DNA of 32,000 bases from a virus. A model generated the notes under the pieces. The model was not told the origin of the DNA and searched no databases. It worked only from the letters and a program-made list of their open reading frames with translations. Within the stretch, counting starts at the first letter, position 1. The number at the start of each line of letters is the position of its first letter. The position numbers and the translations under genes are program-made. The DNA lies in IMG/VR virus record IMGVR_UViG_3300029342_000256, positions 39,024-71,023 of that record; one strand, written 5' to 3'. Shown piece after piece: positions 1 to 9,594 of the stretch.

Positions 1-223
1 GCAAATCGTTGACGGCGGTATCATGTGCCGTATCATGGTCAACGCCATACTTTGCCACAGCGTCCGCTACGAACATCGGTCCATCCAGAGGAATGACCTG
101 AAGCTCTTTGCGAGGGATTTCGGGGAGCCACTCGCTGTTGTTTTCCATGTCCCGGATAGAGTCGATAAATTCCGACTCGTCATGGAACATTTCTTGGAAA
201 TCGTCAAAAATCTTGCTGCTCAT
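1..223 (-). CDS. Hypothetical protein, partial (C-terminus outside window)
   Basis: Minus-strand frame MSSKIFDDFQEMFHDESEFIDSIRDMENNSEWLPEIPRKELQVIPLDG... open to window edge; AAAGGAG-like RBS just upstream of ATG at 223. Confidence 0.75.
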   Translation of the reverse strand, partial: MSSKIFDDFQEMFHDESEFIDSIRDMENNSEWLPEIPRKELQVIPLDGPMFVADAVAKYGVDHDTAHDTAVNDL

Positions 224-256
224 TTTTTCATTTCTCCTTTTCGTGAATTATTAGGT

Positions 257-345
257 GATATATAAAAGCCAGTATCCGCAAGGGATACTGACTGAACTTT
301 CTTTATGTATGTGATACTTCCTTTGTATGGTCTCAGCATACCGGC
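257..345 (-). promoter_or_regulatory. Repeated leader element, copy A (GGTATG..CATAC hairpin plus CAGTATCC..GGATACTG hairpin, then CTTTTATATAT)
   Basis: Same ordered motif as at 6377, 10373, 13548 and 15590; sits upstream of a minus-strand start codon. Confidence 0.75.
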
Positions 346-501
346 GGATGAAGAAAACGCCTTATTCTCCTTTCAAGAACCCAAGAACCGAGGAACTTTA
401 CGGCCCAGTAAGGCAACGAAGCCTTTCCTCCCGGAAAAACAGTGCAAATATGCCCTCTCATGGTGCATTTCTGCTCTTGCATGGACCTTTGGAATCCGGA
501 C

Positions 502-537
502 AAAAAAGCGAGCAGGCATTAAGCCTGCTCGCGGTTT
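502..537 (-). terminator. Rho-independent terminator hairpin
   Basis: AAAAAAGCGAGCAGGC ATTAA GCCTGCTCGC; on the minus strand the stem is followed by a T-run. Confidence 0.75.
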
Positions 538-586
538 GCGGTTCGCTGAATGCGGATTCAGTTTTAGCCCCGAAGGGTGGCAAAAA

Positions 587-886
587 CTATTTATCGCATT
601 GGCTCTCAAGATAATCCACATCATCCACATATCCGGATACGCGGATATGCAGAAAGTTTTCGTCAGGCTCTACACCAACGACATCGTAGCTGATTTCCGA
701 TAGGCAGCAATTCAGCCCGACGAGACGCTCGGTAAGAATATCATCGAATCCTTCCATGTCATTTTCAATGATGTCATCCAGCGAGATGCCAATGACACCG
801 GAAATTTGGCCGTCATCATCGAGATTTTTCAGAATTTCTGCGGCGGTGTAAGGCTGTTCCATAACCGTGTAGTTTAAGAGTCCCAT
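587..886 (-). CDS. Hypothetical acidic 99-aa protein
   Basis: Intact ORF with AAAGGAG-type RBS upstream. Confidence 0.7.
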   Translation of the reverse strand: MGLLNYTVMEQPYTAAEILKNLDDDGQISGVIGISLDDIIENDMEGFDDILTERLVGLNCCLSEISYDVVGVEPDENFLHIRVSGYVDDVDYLESQCDK

Positions 887-930
887 TTTGCTTCTCCTTT
901 TGTGTTTTATTTCTGTTCCGGAAAGATAAT

Positions 931-2685
931 TCAGGGGTTTGCGGCAAAAAGCAGGTTACTGATTTTTCCGCACACAGCGTAGATGCCGGCGGTATCTTTC
1001 TTTCCGCTGGCTCCGGAGGTAAGTACGACCACGCCGCAGCCCGTGTCAGGATTGTAGCACATGAGGTTGTACGCACCGTATGCGCTGCCGGTGTGATAGA
1101 ACAATCTGCTCTGCCCATAGGTATTGGCTCGCAGACGCAGAGGCTGGCACTGGTAGAATCCGCCGGACACAGCCTTATCGCCGTGTGACTCCAATGTGGA
1201 GACGATGGACGGAGAAAGGTACTGTGCGCCCTCGTATTTGCCATCACCGGCAAGCAACGCCACAATTTTTCCAAGGTCGTAGGCACTGATGGTGAGTCCG
1301 CCTGCGAATCCACTGCCGTCCGTACCGGGCAGTTCGTCATCAATAGCCTTGAGCATTTCCTGGTAGGACAGGCCCGTGCTGCCATCGGCACGGTAGAGCA
1401 CCGCCAGTTTTTTCGTATCGGATACACTCCCTGTTCGGAATGCCGCGTCGATGGACAGTGGACGGTAGAGGTAATGTCCAAGCAGCTCGTCCATCGTGCA
1501 GCTGTTTGCTCGCTCGACCGCAAGCCCCAGTGCAGAGAAGGCGTAGTTGTTATACAGCCAGTTTTCCAAGTTGCCGGAACAGACCTCGCGTGTCGCAGAC
1601 GAAGACATGAGTCGCGTCTTCATCCCCTCATAGCTTCTTGATACATCCTCCGGTGCCCTGAGAGAAGATGTATGTGTGAGAACGGAACGGACTGTAATGT
1701 GGTCTCCTTCCTGTGCTTTGTGGATGGGAAAACCGAGGTAGGTGTCCAGCTCTGTATCGAGAGTCATCGTTCCTTCTTCTGCGGAAAGGCTCGCTGCCAT
1801 ACCAACAAGCACTTTTGAGATGGACGCAGCCCGAACTTTCGTATCTGCTGTCATGGCTGATACTCCGCGAACCGCCTCTCCATACGCAAAGGTATCTGAT
1901 ACATGGCCGTCCTTAATGTACGCAATCGACAGACCGACCGCACCGTACTTTTTTGCAATCGCATTGATTCTGTTTTGCAACGCTGCGTGCTGTTCTGTGG
2001 CCTGCACCACGGCTGACGCCGGGATTGTCCGGACAACAGGCCCGTTATTCTGGAGCCAGCAGCCGAGTGCGAGAATCATATCGACAGCTTCTTTATGATT
2101 CATCGTGCCTTTCGGCTCGAATCCTTTTTCTGAAGCGGTCAGGATGCCGTTCTCCATGCACCATTTCACAGCTCTTCTCGCGTAAAGCGGGACCTGCGCG
2201 GCGTCAGCGCACGCAAGCAGCGTGCGGGATGAAAGCGGAGCGGCGTCACAGCCCATCGCCTTCGCCAGACGGGCAGCCATCACAGCGGCCTCATTCCGTG
2301 TCAGCGGTGTGTCCGGCTCCAGTACGCCGGCCGCCGTGCCATTTATGATTCCGTTTGCCTTTGCCCAGCTCACCTGAAGCGCGTAGTATGCGTTCTCCGG
2401 AACATCGGGGAACGATGTGCTCTGAACCGTATCAAGCTCCGGGTTTGCGAGGTTCACCAGCATGGTCAGGAACTGCGCCCGTGTGGTCTCACCTTCTGTC
2501 TCAAGCATTTCTTCCGGGATACCGTCCGGCACGCCAGCTTCAAGACTCTGAGTCGGCTCAGTGTTATACGTTGCGTCTCGCACCTCCGTATCGGTCTCAA
2601 ATTCTAATGCTGCGGAGCTTGGCGTCGCGAAAAGCAGCAGCAAAAAAGCCGCAGCAAATGCGGTAAATTTTCTTTTCACGTTCAT
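931..2685 (-). CDS. Secreted SLH-domain, beta-lactamase-family serine hydrolase
   Basis: Signal peptide (MNVKRKFTAFAAAFLLLLFATPSSA), SLH-like repeats (YYALQVSWAKANGIINGTAAGVLEPDTPLTRNEAAVMAARLAKAMG), SxxK (SISK), and class C/serine hydrolase-like sequence (VLTHTSSL). Confidence 0.9.
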   Translation of the reverse strand: MNVKRKFTAFAAAFLLLLFATPSSAALEFETDTEVRDATYNTEPTQSLEAGVPDGIPEEMLETEGETTRAQFLTMLVNLANPELDTVQSTSFPDVPENAYYALQVSWAKANGIINGTAAGVLEPDTPLTRNEAAVMAARLAKAMGCDAAPLSSRTLLACADAAQVPLYARRAVKWCMENGILTASEKGFEPKGTMNHKEAVDMILALGCWLQNNGPVVRTIPASAVVQATEQHAALQNRINAIAKKYGAVGLSIAYIKDGHVSDTFAYGEAVRGVSAMTADTKVRAASISKVLVGMAASLSAEEGTMTLDTELDTYLGFPIHKAQEGDHITVRSVLTHTSSLRAPEDVSRSYEGMKTRLMSSSATREVCSGNLENWLYNNYAFSALGLAVERANSCTMDELLGHYLYRPLSIDAAFRTGSVSDTKKLAVLYRADGSTGLSYQEMLKAIDDELPGTDGSGFAGGLTISAYDLGKIVALLAGDGKYEGAQYLSPSIVSTLESHGDKAVSGGFYQCQPLRLRANTYGQSRLFYHTGSAYGAYNLMCYNPDTGCGVVVLTSGASGKKDTAGIYAVCGKISNLLFAANP

Positions 2686-2701
2686 AAAAAATATTGGCCG
2701 C

Positions 2702-2733
2702 TCCTCCCCCCACGCCTTTCGGCGCGTGGGGGA
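2702..2733 (-). promoter_or_regulatory. Strong GC-rich hairpin overlapping the Shine-Dalgarno of the downstream hydrolase gene
   Basis: Minus strand CTCCCCCACGCGCCGAAAGGCGTGGGGGGAGGAG just before ATG at 2685. Confidence 0.55.
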
Positions 2734-2760
2734 GAAACGGCATTCTCCTTTCCGATAAAA

Positions 2761-3306
2761 TTATTGCCATCTCACGGCATGGTAGATTCCCGCTCCCTGT
2801 TCCGGGTCATTTTTGCTTGCTGGAAGGTCTTCATAGTGGACGCCCCGCATCTTCCGGGTAATCTTGATGGGATACGGAAGAGCTGCGTTGTCCTCGTTGT
2901 AGCAGGCAATGTCGATGCCGACGCCGCGAAGCTCGGCACTATAGGGCCGGTATAAGCTGACGGGTTCCCTCAGATGCTTGTCGAGCGCGTCACGCAGCTG
3001 CTCAAACGGGATGGACAGGTCTGCAATGACCGGATACCATCTGAAATCCTTCAGACGGTACTGCTTTACGCTCCCGTTGTAGAAGCGGTGGATATGCGGA
3101 AGCAGGAAGTCCGGATTCTCCGCGATGAATGCGCGGTTCCACCGAACGACCAGTTCGTACACATCCTGCCCGTTGAACTCGCCGTAGCCTTCATAGCATG
3201 GCTCGTGGATAAAGGTCCCGTCCGGGCAGGCAATATAGCCTGCCCGGTCAGTACGCAGGTTCTGTGTGTTGTCAGTATCGGCAAAAAGCCAGGAAAAGCA
3301 TCCCAT
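2761..3306 (-). CDS. Hypothetical protein (181 aa from MGCFSWLFADTDN...)
   Basis: Longest ORF extends to 3483, but the GGAGGCGG RBS and ATG at 3306 avoid overlap with the next gene. Confidence 0.7.
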   Translation of the reverse strand: MGCFSWLFADTDNTQNLRTDRAGYIACPDGTFIHEPCYEGYGEFNGQDVYELVVRWNRAFIAENPDFLLPHIHRFYNGSVKQYRLKDFRWYPVIADLSIPFEQLRDALDKHLREPVSLYRPYSAELRGVGIDIACYNEDNAALPYPIKITRKMRGVHYEDLPASKNDPEQGAGIYHAVRWQ

Positions 3307-3322
3307 GTCTCCGCCTCCCCTC

Positions 3323-3739
3323 TCACGCCGCGTTGGAACGAATGTCCGTGAGGATACGCTCCAGCGCCTTGTATACGCCGGACGGCGTAAGCGCGTGCTG
3401 TTCCTTCGACAGGTCATTCCCTCTCCCGTGGTTCCACAGGAGAAGTGTGAAGATTTCAGGGTGCTCCGCAAACACGCGGCCATATACGGCCTTCGTATCG
3501 GCGTTCAGGATGGACACGGTAGCATTCATCCCCCGGTTCTTGAGCGCACGGCAGATGCGCCGTGCCTCCAGACGGAGCGCCTGCTTGGATTCATCCAGCA
3601 GCTTCCCATCCTCGCTCATGTCGAAGTAAATGGTTAGGTTGCCATTGAACGCACCATGCACAGCGCCGCCATCCACGATATCGAACAGCTTCACGTTCTC
3701 AATGTCATATTCAAAACGCACCAATGTTCTCATTGTCAT
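3323..3739 (-). CDS. Hypothetical protein, 138 aa
   Basis: Intact ORF; ATG overlaps the end of the 3736-4518 ORF in operon style. Confidence 0.7.
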   Translation of the reverse strand: MTMRTLVRFEYDIENVKLFDIVDGGAVHGAFNGNLTIYFDMSEDGKLLDESKQALRLEARRICRALKNRGMNATVSILNADTKAVYGRVFAEHPEIFTLLLWNHGRGNDLSKEQHALTPSGVYKALERILTDIRSNAA

Positions 3740-4518
3740 TTCTCTCCTTTCCCTTCTTCAAAAATGATTTTGGCTGCCTTGCGAAGCTCCGCGACCTTTT
3801 TTGCTTTATTTCCCGTGTCATCCAGGTCGAAAGTAAGGGCAGCATCCTTGAACCGCGTACAGCCATTCAGAGCGTCATCCCAGAGCGCACCGCGTTCCTC
3901 CTGTGCCTTGCTGAGCAGCGCCGCCTTATCCGAAGACGCGGCGAGCTGCTTCTTCAACGCGGGGAAATCGCGTTCGTCCATTTCGCAGGCGTTCGTATAC
4001 TCGAAACGCTCATAGAGCGAATCAAGGTACTGGGTGGCTTTTTTTGTTAAGCCAAAACCCCTTACATAGACGTCTTTCCCGGCAGAATCGCTCAGGAAGC
4101 AGAGGCTCGGATTGGACTGCGCGGAGAATTCGTAGACCGCCTCGCAGACAACCTGCAAATTTTCCATGCTTTCTTTACGATTGGGGACATCTTTCCCTTC
4201 CAGATGTTTGGTCAGGAACTCCTCCAAGCCTTTGCGCTCCTCAGACGGGAATAACCATGTGGCTCGCCACGAATTCCGCAGTAAGACGGGGTAGACCGCG
4301 CCGCCGACGAGAATGGCGAATTCATCCGCCGCGTCATCTCCGAAGAACTCAAGAGCGCTTCTGAGCCACGGCAGCAAGGCAGAAGAAACTACATCTTCGG
4401 CGATATCCGCCGCTCGTGTTTCTTCCTGAATACCCTGTACGCAACGCGCCATAATCGTGAGGTCGTAGATACTCTGCGGCTTTCCGATGTGCCACGCATC
4501 GAAGATTGTCATGCTCAT
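3736..4518 (-). CDS. Hypothetical protein, 260 aa
   Basis: Intact minus-strand ORF with tight operon spacing. Confidence 0.75.
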   Translation of the reverse strand: MSMTIFDAWHIGKPQSIYDLTIMARCVQGIQEETRAADIAEDVVSSALLPWLRSALEFFGDDAADEFAILVGGAVYPVLLRNSWRATWLFPSEERKGLEEFLTKHLEGKDVPNRKESMENLQVVCEAVYEFSAQSNPSLCFLSDSAGKDVYVRGFGLTKKATQYLDSLYERFEYTNACEMDERDFPALKKQLAASSDKAALLSKAQEERGALWDDALNGCTRFKDAALTFDLDDTGNKAKKVAELRKAAKIIFEEGKGEK

Positions 4519-4519
4519 T

Positions 4520-5305
4520 TTACGCCTCCCTTTCCGCCTGCTGCATCAGCTGGGCAAGGATATCGTAGGCGTCTGTACCCTTTACCTTGTTGAGCAGTGC
4601 CATTGTGTCCGCATAACGTTCTCTGATGACAGGCATACCGCAGAGCGCGGAACGAACCTGAAAATATCCCGGCGTCCGCTTGGCGGCAGCCAGCAGATGT
4701 GCTACGTTGCAGACACTCAACTCTTCTGCGCATCCGGCCCACTCGAAGGAGTCTCGGCCGATGGGTGCGCCGTTGCGGGGTGGAGTATTCCGCTCAATGG
4801 CGTCCAGGTACTCCTGCGTGTAACGCTCGGTGGAGGTGTCTTGAAGCGCCTCATAGGCCATCTTGAACGCGGCCAGCCACAGCCAAATGCGGTGTGCGAT
4901 GGTTCGTCCCATATACGGGACGAACTCCACGCCGTCCATGTCCATCTCCAGCCATGCGGAGAAGGCAACGGGATTTGCCGCGAAGCCCTTCTCAGAGTTG
5001 AAGTTGCCCAGCAGGTCCGTTTCTCTCTCGTCGAGGTCGTCCTGATACTCTGTTTCTCCGTTTGCGAGCATATCGGGATGATTGTCCCTATACTCTTCCA
5101 GCAACATGGTCTTGCGCTCACGAAGCTCACCCTTGGCCGTTTCGTAATCAAAGAAGTAGTCGTCCGTTGTGCAGACAAACTTCTCCATGAAATAGCCGGG
5201 TTTCTTCCAGTAGCCGGAAAGAGCCTTCAAAGTGGCAGTCTCCGTCAGGCAAATGACCGCAGAGCCAAGGTCTCCGGTGATATACACATGATAGCCGTCC
5301 ATCAC
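4520..5305 (-). CDS. Hypothetical protein, 261 aa
   Basis: Intact minus-strand ORF. Confidence 0.75.
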   Translation of the reverse strand: MMDGYHVYITGDLGSAVICLTETATLKALSGYWKKPGYFMEKFVCTTDDYFFDYETAKGELRERKTMLLEEYRDNHPDMLANGETEYQDDLDERETDLLGNFNSEKGFAANPVAFSAWLEMDMDGVEFVPYMGRTIAHRIWLWLAAFKMAYEALQDTSTERYTQEYLDAIERNTPPRNGAPIGRDSFEWAGCAEELSVCNVAHLLAAAKRTPGYFQVRSALCGMPVIRERYADTMALLNKVKGTDAYDILAQLMQQAEREA

Positions 5306-5341
5306 CGCACGAATCGCGTACGCCTGCGTCCCTGGCTGCGT

Positions 5342-5533
5342 TCAGCAGTAGCTGCGTGCAAAATCCCGGTAAGCGTCGATACTCATTTCGCAGTCATCGA
5401 CCAGTCGGTTGATGACGGAGATTTCGTCCTCGGCAACACCGGAATCCTGAAGCTGCTTGAGCTTCTCGTTCACTTCCTCCACGGTCTCACAGGTGGTGAA
5501 CCGGTGAGAATGGAAATCCAAAACATAAAACAT
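5342..5533 (-). CDS. Hypothetical protein, 63 aa
   Basis: Small intact ORF with GAAGGAGAAG RBS. Confidence 0.65.
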   Translation of the reverse strand: MFYVLDFHSHRFTTCETVEEVNEKLKQLQDSGVAEDEISVINRLVDDCEMSIDAYRDFARSYC

Positions 5534-5555
5534 AGAAATCTTCTCCTTTCGGTTT

Positions 5556-5801
5556 TCAAATGGTTGTGTTGTAATCCTTCATCTTCACTTGGATGATAAT
5601 TTGCGTACATTTGACAGTCACGAATGTCACTTTTGCTTCCAGGATACCCGGCATAGCGACTGCCGGAATCTGGTATAGGCTGCGAAAATGCCCAATCTCC
5701 TGCAAGCCGACGCGAACTACGACAGGGATTTCATCGCTGGCGGCACCGATTTGGCTGCAAAAGTCGAAAACAGTCAGTTTCTTCATAGGGTTATCCCCCA
5801 C
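5556..5801 (-). CDS. Hypothetical protein, up to 81 aa (internal start at MKKLTVFDF also plausible)
   Basis: Intact ORF adjoining the upstream gene. Confidence 0.6.
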   Translation of the reverse strand: MGDNPMKKLTVFDFCSQIGAASDEIPVVVRVGLQEIGHFRSLYQIPAVAMPGILEAKVTFVTVKCTQIIIQVKMKDYNTTI

Positions 5802-6347
5802 TCAGTTCCAGCAGAGATTCCTGATTTCGCGGTCAGACAGACCAATCGTTCCATCCAGCATCTCCGTCAAGAACTCATACTGCTCGTCGCCAGTCATGCG
5901 GTCGGCATACTCCAAAACATTGTGGATAATGCGACCCGCCGTGCCGTCGATGTCGAAGTTGTTCAGAAGCCACTCGTAAGTGCCTTCGAGGCCGCAGGCT
6001 CCAGTCTCCTCGTCATCTGTGTTGGCGTCGCCATTTTCAAGAGCGTCAGCAAGGTCGTTGAGCATCTCTTGGATGGCGTCAGCGTCTTCCACCAACGTCT
6101 TGATGTCTGGCACACCACTCACGCTGCCCTGCGCATCGACCAACATCTTGACGTGTTCCTCGGTATCGAAGCTGTCCGCGTAAGAACGGACTTCGGCTGC
6201 GAGACTCTCGGCGTCAGATGCGTCTTTCGTCAGAACCGTGAAGGAGAAATCTTCCCCCGCCGGACTGCTCTGGTTAAATTCGATGCTATCGCTGTCCATA
6301 TCGACTGCCCATCCGTAGCTTTCTGCAATTTGAATCATTTTTTCCAT
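5802..6347 (-). CDS. Hypothetical acidic protein, 181 aa
   Basis: Intact ORF with AAAGGAG RBS; first gene after leader copy B. Confidence 0.75.
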   Translation of the reverse strand: MEKMIQIAESYGWAVDMDSDSIEFNQSSPAGEDFSFTVLTKDASDAESLAAEVRSYADSFDTEEHVKMLVDAQGSVSGVPDIKTLVEDADAIQEMLNDLADALENGDANTDDEETGACGLEGTYEWLLNNFDIDGTAGRIIHNVLEYADRMTGDEQYEFLTEMLDGTIGLSDREIRNLCWN

Positions 6348-6376
6348 TTTTTAATTCTCCTTTTTTGAAATTTTTT

Positions 6377-6464
6377 GATATATAAAAGCCAGCATCCGTA
6401 TGGACGCTGACTGAATTTTCTTTGTGTTTGTGATACTTCTTTTGTATGGTCTCAGCATACCGGC
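6377..6464 (-). promoter_or_regulatory. Repeated leader element, copy B
   Basis: CAGCATCCGTATGGACGCTG hairpin and GGTATGCTGAGACCATAC shared with copies A, C, D and E. Confidence 0.75.
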
Positions 6465-6545
6465 AGGCACGGAAAACTCCGCATTTTGCAAATTGGAACC
6501 TAAGAACCGAGGAACCTCAAATCTGGAGTGTGAAAAGACAAAAAG

Positions 6546-6576
6546 AAAAAGCGCCGCCCACAAAGGGGCGGCGCTC
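6546..6576 (-). terminator. Rho-independent terminator hairpin
   Basis: AAAAAGCGCCGCCC..GGGGCGGCGCT after ORF 6581-6793. Confidence 0.75.
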
Positions 6577-6580
6577 AGGT

Positions 6581-6793
6581 TTAAGACTTGGGAATGGCCT
6601 CCAGAAAGGGTTCGACCTTCCGGAACACCTTCTCAGAGCAGAGAACATTATTTCCGTTGCCAAGGTGCAGTTCCACGCGGTCGCCGATTCTGTTCCAGAC
6701 CTTCTCCCCGTGCAGCGTATAGACGGGTAGGAGGCCGTATCTGCCGGCTTCCACGGTATGCAGCAGAGACGTCAGGTTCTTGATTTTATACAA
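6581..6793 (-). CDS. Hypothetical protein, 70 aa
   Basis: Small intact ORF overlapping the preceding stop. Confidence 0.6.
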   Translation of the reverse strand: MYKIKNLTSLLHTVEAGRYGLLPVYTLHGEKVWNRIGDRVELHLGNGNNVLCSEKVFRKVEPFLEAIPKS

Positions 6794-7547
6794 GGGCCGT
6801 CACCTCTGTCATTTCCCCGTCGCAGCGGAGAATCTTGAAGACTGCCATATCCACATTGGGATATGCCTCGGCAATCTTCTGGGCGACCTCGGCCTTGGAG
6901 GCTGCGTATACGTCCATGACGAGCATGGGACCACCGCAGTCCGCCCAGTTGCCCTCCTGGGATTCATCCATCGGGTCAGCATCCTCGGACAGCTGCTGGG
7001 GGAAGTAGCCCTGCGCGTCGCGCACATACGAGCTATTCAGGAACACAAGATAGCGGCATTCCGCAACCTTGTCCCTGACTCGCTCAAAGAAGGCGCTGGC
7101 ATCGAAGAGCTTTACCGCTTCCTCAAAGTGACTCGCACACTCCTCCGCAGGGACAAACAGGGCAATTTCGTCACCCTCCGGGTCGGTATCCTCGCCGAAC
7201 AGAACGGTCCCCCACGGCTTGCACTGTCTGGTCAGTTCCGTTGCAATGCTGCGGAGCGCTTTCCTCGCCTTCTGTTTGGCGTCCTTGACAGCAGGGACAT
7301 CCATCCAGTTACTGTTGAACATCGTCGTGAGGAGCATCCCATCCTCGCCGCTGTAAGTGACCGTATAGAGATTTGCGTCGCAGCCGGGGCTGAACTGATA
7401 GTGTTCGTACAGTTCCTTCACCGCAGCGGGAAGCCGCTCAGAGTCACCTGTCGAAAACCCAGAACCGGGATAGTTTACCTCGCCCTCGGCGTTACACCAG
7501 TAATACATGGAATCGGTCTGATATGCTTTGTTCAAACTTTTAATCAT
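6786..7547 (-). CDS. Hypothetical protein, 253 aa
   Basis: Intact minus-strand ORF with RBS. Confidence 0.75.
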   Translation of the reverse strand: MIKSLNKAYQTDSMYYWCNAEGEVNYPGSGFSTGDSERLPAAVKELYEHYQFSPGCDANLYTVTYSGEDGMLLTTMFNSNWMDVPAVKDAKQKARKALRSIATELTRQCKPWGTVLFGEDTDPEGDEIALFVPAEECASHFEEAVKLFDASAFFERVRDKVAECRYLVFLNSSYVRDAQGYFPQQLSEDADPMDESQEGNWADCGGPMLVMDVYAASKAEVAQKIAEAYPNVDMAVFKILRCDGEMTEVTALV

Positions 7548-7577
7548 TTTTCATTTCTCCTTTGTTCCGTATTTTTC

Positions 7578-8123
7578 TTATTCATTGCCCACCCGGATAA
7601 CCGCAGCGACGGCCTCTGGCGTCGCGCCGATGGCATCCGTATAGTTGATGAACTCGTCCTCGGCATAGTCGCGTCCGCCCACGATGTAGGCAGAAACTAC
7701 CATAGTCCAGAGGTGTTTGAAATCCTCAACGGACATATCGGCTGGCCGCTTAGCCAGCAGCCTTGGATGGGTCTTGGCAACAATGTCCAGCAGGGCATCT
7801 TCGCAGATGGTCTTGCTGTACGCATAGGTCTCCTTGTCGTTCAGGAGTCGTTCGACCTGTGCGGCCAGGATTTCGACGCGCTCATAAGCGGTCAGCGCCC
7901 CGGCACCGTCGTCAGGACCGCAGCCGTTGTCCAGCTGGGCCTGGAATGCGGCCAAGTCCTCGTCCCAACAGGCGGTGTGTGCCAAGTAATAATAGGCGTT
8001 CTCGGCAGCCACATTGACGTCGAACCTGGAGTCATACTCCAGCTCGTCCAGTGCCCTGTCGATGACCTCCCGAACCCGTTTAAGGGTGAGAGAGGAGAAT
8101 TCGTAGTCTTTCAGCAATTTCAT
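7578..8123 (-). CDS. Hypothetical protein (about 181 aa from MKLLKDYEFSS)
   Basis: ORF extends to 8141, but the GGAG-type RBS favours the internal ATG at 8123. Confidence 0.65.
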   Translation of the reverse strand: MKLLKDYEFSSLTLKRVREVIDRALDELEYDSRFDVNVAAENAYYYLAHTACWDEDLAAFQAQLDNGCGPDDGAGALTAYERVEILAAQVERLLNDKETYAYSKTICEDALLDIVAKTHPRLLAKRPADMSVEDFKHLWTMVVSAYIVGGRDYAEDEFINYTDAIGATPEAVAAVIRVGNE

Positions 8124-8151
8124 GCTTCTGTCTCCTTTCAAGTCAAGAAAA

Positions 8152-9582
8152 TCAGTTGTTGGGCTTCAGAATATCGGGTATCCAGTTTTCAGCAGATGGC
8201 CTGCGGAGGCTCTCCGGCACGCAATCATAGAACGCTGAATTTTCCGCCACAGCCATGTCGATAATCCAGAAATCGTCACCATTCTGCATCACGTCGATGC
8301 TCCACTGGCCTTGCAGGTCAAGCGCCGGCAGGAATTCCCGAATGTGTTCCACCACGGAATCGACATTCTCATGGTAGCGCCGCATCAAGGTCGCTTCGTG
8401 ACTTTTGAAAATCACATAATCGTGCATCTGATGCGGACTGTTTGCGTCCGAGCATGAACCAAAGCGATTGAGCATAGTCTTCGGCTCCCAATAGGGAGAG
8501 ACACCGATGACAGCATCGCTGTCACAGTCAACAAATACGCGATATTCCGTATGAAGCGGCAGACCATGATAGATGCAGGGATTTCCCTCTTTATCCGGAA
8601 TGAATTCCCGCACGACCCACTCATTTGTCGTCGAGACCCCATAAATGCAGGGAAAGCTAAGGGGACCGGCCATCTGTAACGCTTGATGGTGGATGTAGAG
8701 CAAATACTCGCCAAGCTCTCGAACCTCTTTTTCTCCGTGTACCCGGCAATTCCGAAAGTCGAACTTCGATGAATAGGTGCCGGTTTTCACGAAGTAATCC
8801 CGCTCGTCATTCAGACGAAATACAGCGTGCGCCCAGTTATCGACGATTTGGATGGTCGAAGGCGTTAGGCTGTGATAGTCCAGACGAGTCAGCTGTAAGA
8901 GCGTCAGGGGGACCTTGGCTATCGTCGTTGCCGGAATCCGGAAGAATCCAGAATCCCGGTAGGCACTCACAAGCTCCGGGAACCAATGTCCGATGGAGTT
9001 GCGATTCTGCCCGATGATGCGGTAGGCCAGCGCATCAAGGTCAAGGATGTCCAGTCCCTGCCGAAAGCGGTCATACGCATCCCTACGGTCCTTCGGCGTC
9101 TTCCCGTTCTGCATCTTGTCGTAGTAGAACAGGAGCGCAGCTGAGGCAGTGATGTCAAGGTCTCTCTTCATCAGTTCCCCACTCAGCTGCGGTCGCAGCG
9201 AAGCTGGAATTCGCAGCAGGTCCTGATTGGTGACAGGAGCATTTTTCTCCGGTGCGTTGGAAAGCGATTTTTCAATTTTGTCTGTTTTTCCATCATAAGT
9301 GTAGGTCAGCGTCTGCCCGATAAGCTCCTTCACGATGCGCTCCGTAAGAGCTTTCAGCTCTTCCGGGCTGTCGTCGCCGAGCCGCTCGTTTTTCGCCGCT
9401 GCCTGCCTGGAATTGACCTCAAAAATGCTTTCTGGCTCAGTCTGCAACGCAGCTTTGGAATATGCCTTCTCGAAGGCGTCCAGTGCATCAGGACTGACGC
9501 GCAGGATTTCCGCGATTCGGTCTCTGCTGATGTTGAATTTCTGCGCGGATGTCTGAGCAAACAGATTGTCTAAACCAAACAT
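8152..9582 (-). CDS. ATP-grasp-like protein, 476 aa
   Basis: C-terminal half EWVVREFIPDKEGNPCIYHGLPLHTEYRVFVDCDSDAVIGVSPYW...GQWSIDVMQNGDDFWIIDMAVAENSAFYDC resembles an ATP-grasp fold; recognised by eye only. Confidence 0.6.
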   Translation of the reverse strand: MFGLDNLFAQTSAQKFNISRDRIAEILRVSPDALDAFEKAYSKAALQTEPESIFEVNSRQAAAKNERLGDDSPEELKALTERIVKELIGQTLTYTYDGKTDKIEKSLSNAPEKNAPVTNQDLLRIPASLRPQLSGELMKRDLDITASAALLFYYDKMQNGKTPKDRRDAYDRFRQGLDILDLDALAYRIIGQNRNSIGHWFPELVSAYRDSGFFRIPATTIAKVPLTLLQLTRLDYHSLTPSTIQIVDNWAHAVFRLNDERDYFVKTGTYSSKFDFRNCRVHGEKEVRELGEYLLYIHHQALQMAGPLSFPCIYGVSTTNEWVVREFIPDKEGNPCIYHGLPLHTEYRVFVDCDSDAVIGVSPYWEPKTMLNRFGSCSDANSPHQMHDYVIFKSHEATLMRRYHENVDSVVEHIREFLPALDLQGQWSIDVMQNGDDFWIIDMAVAENSAFYDCVPESLRRPSAENWIPDILKPNN

Positions 9583-9594
9583 CTTCAGCCCTCC

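Noticed and set aside
2702-2733. Hairpin as a rho-independent terminator
   Set aside because: No T-run follows directly in the minus direction; the stem overlaps the RBS instead.
4487-8264. Long plus-strand ORFs (4487-5596, 369 aa; 6780-8264, 494 aa)
   Set aside because: They lie antisense to well-formed minus-strand genes with RBSs and no recognisable domains; treated as shadow ORFs of high-GC coding sequence.
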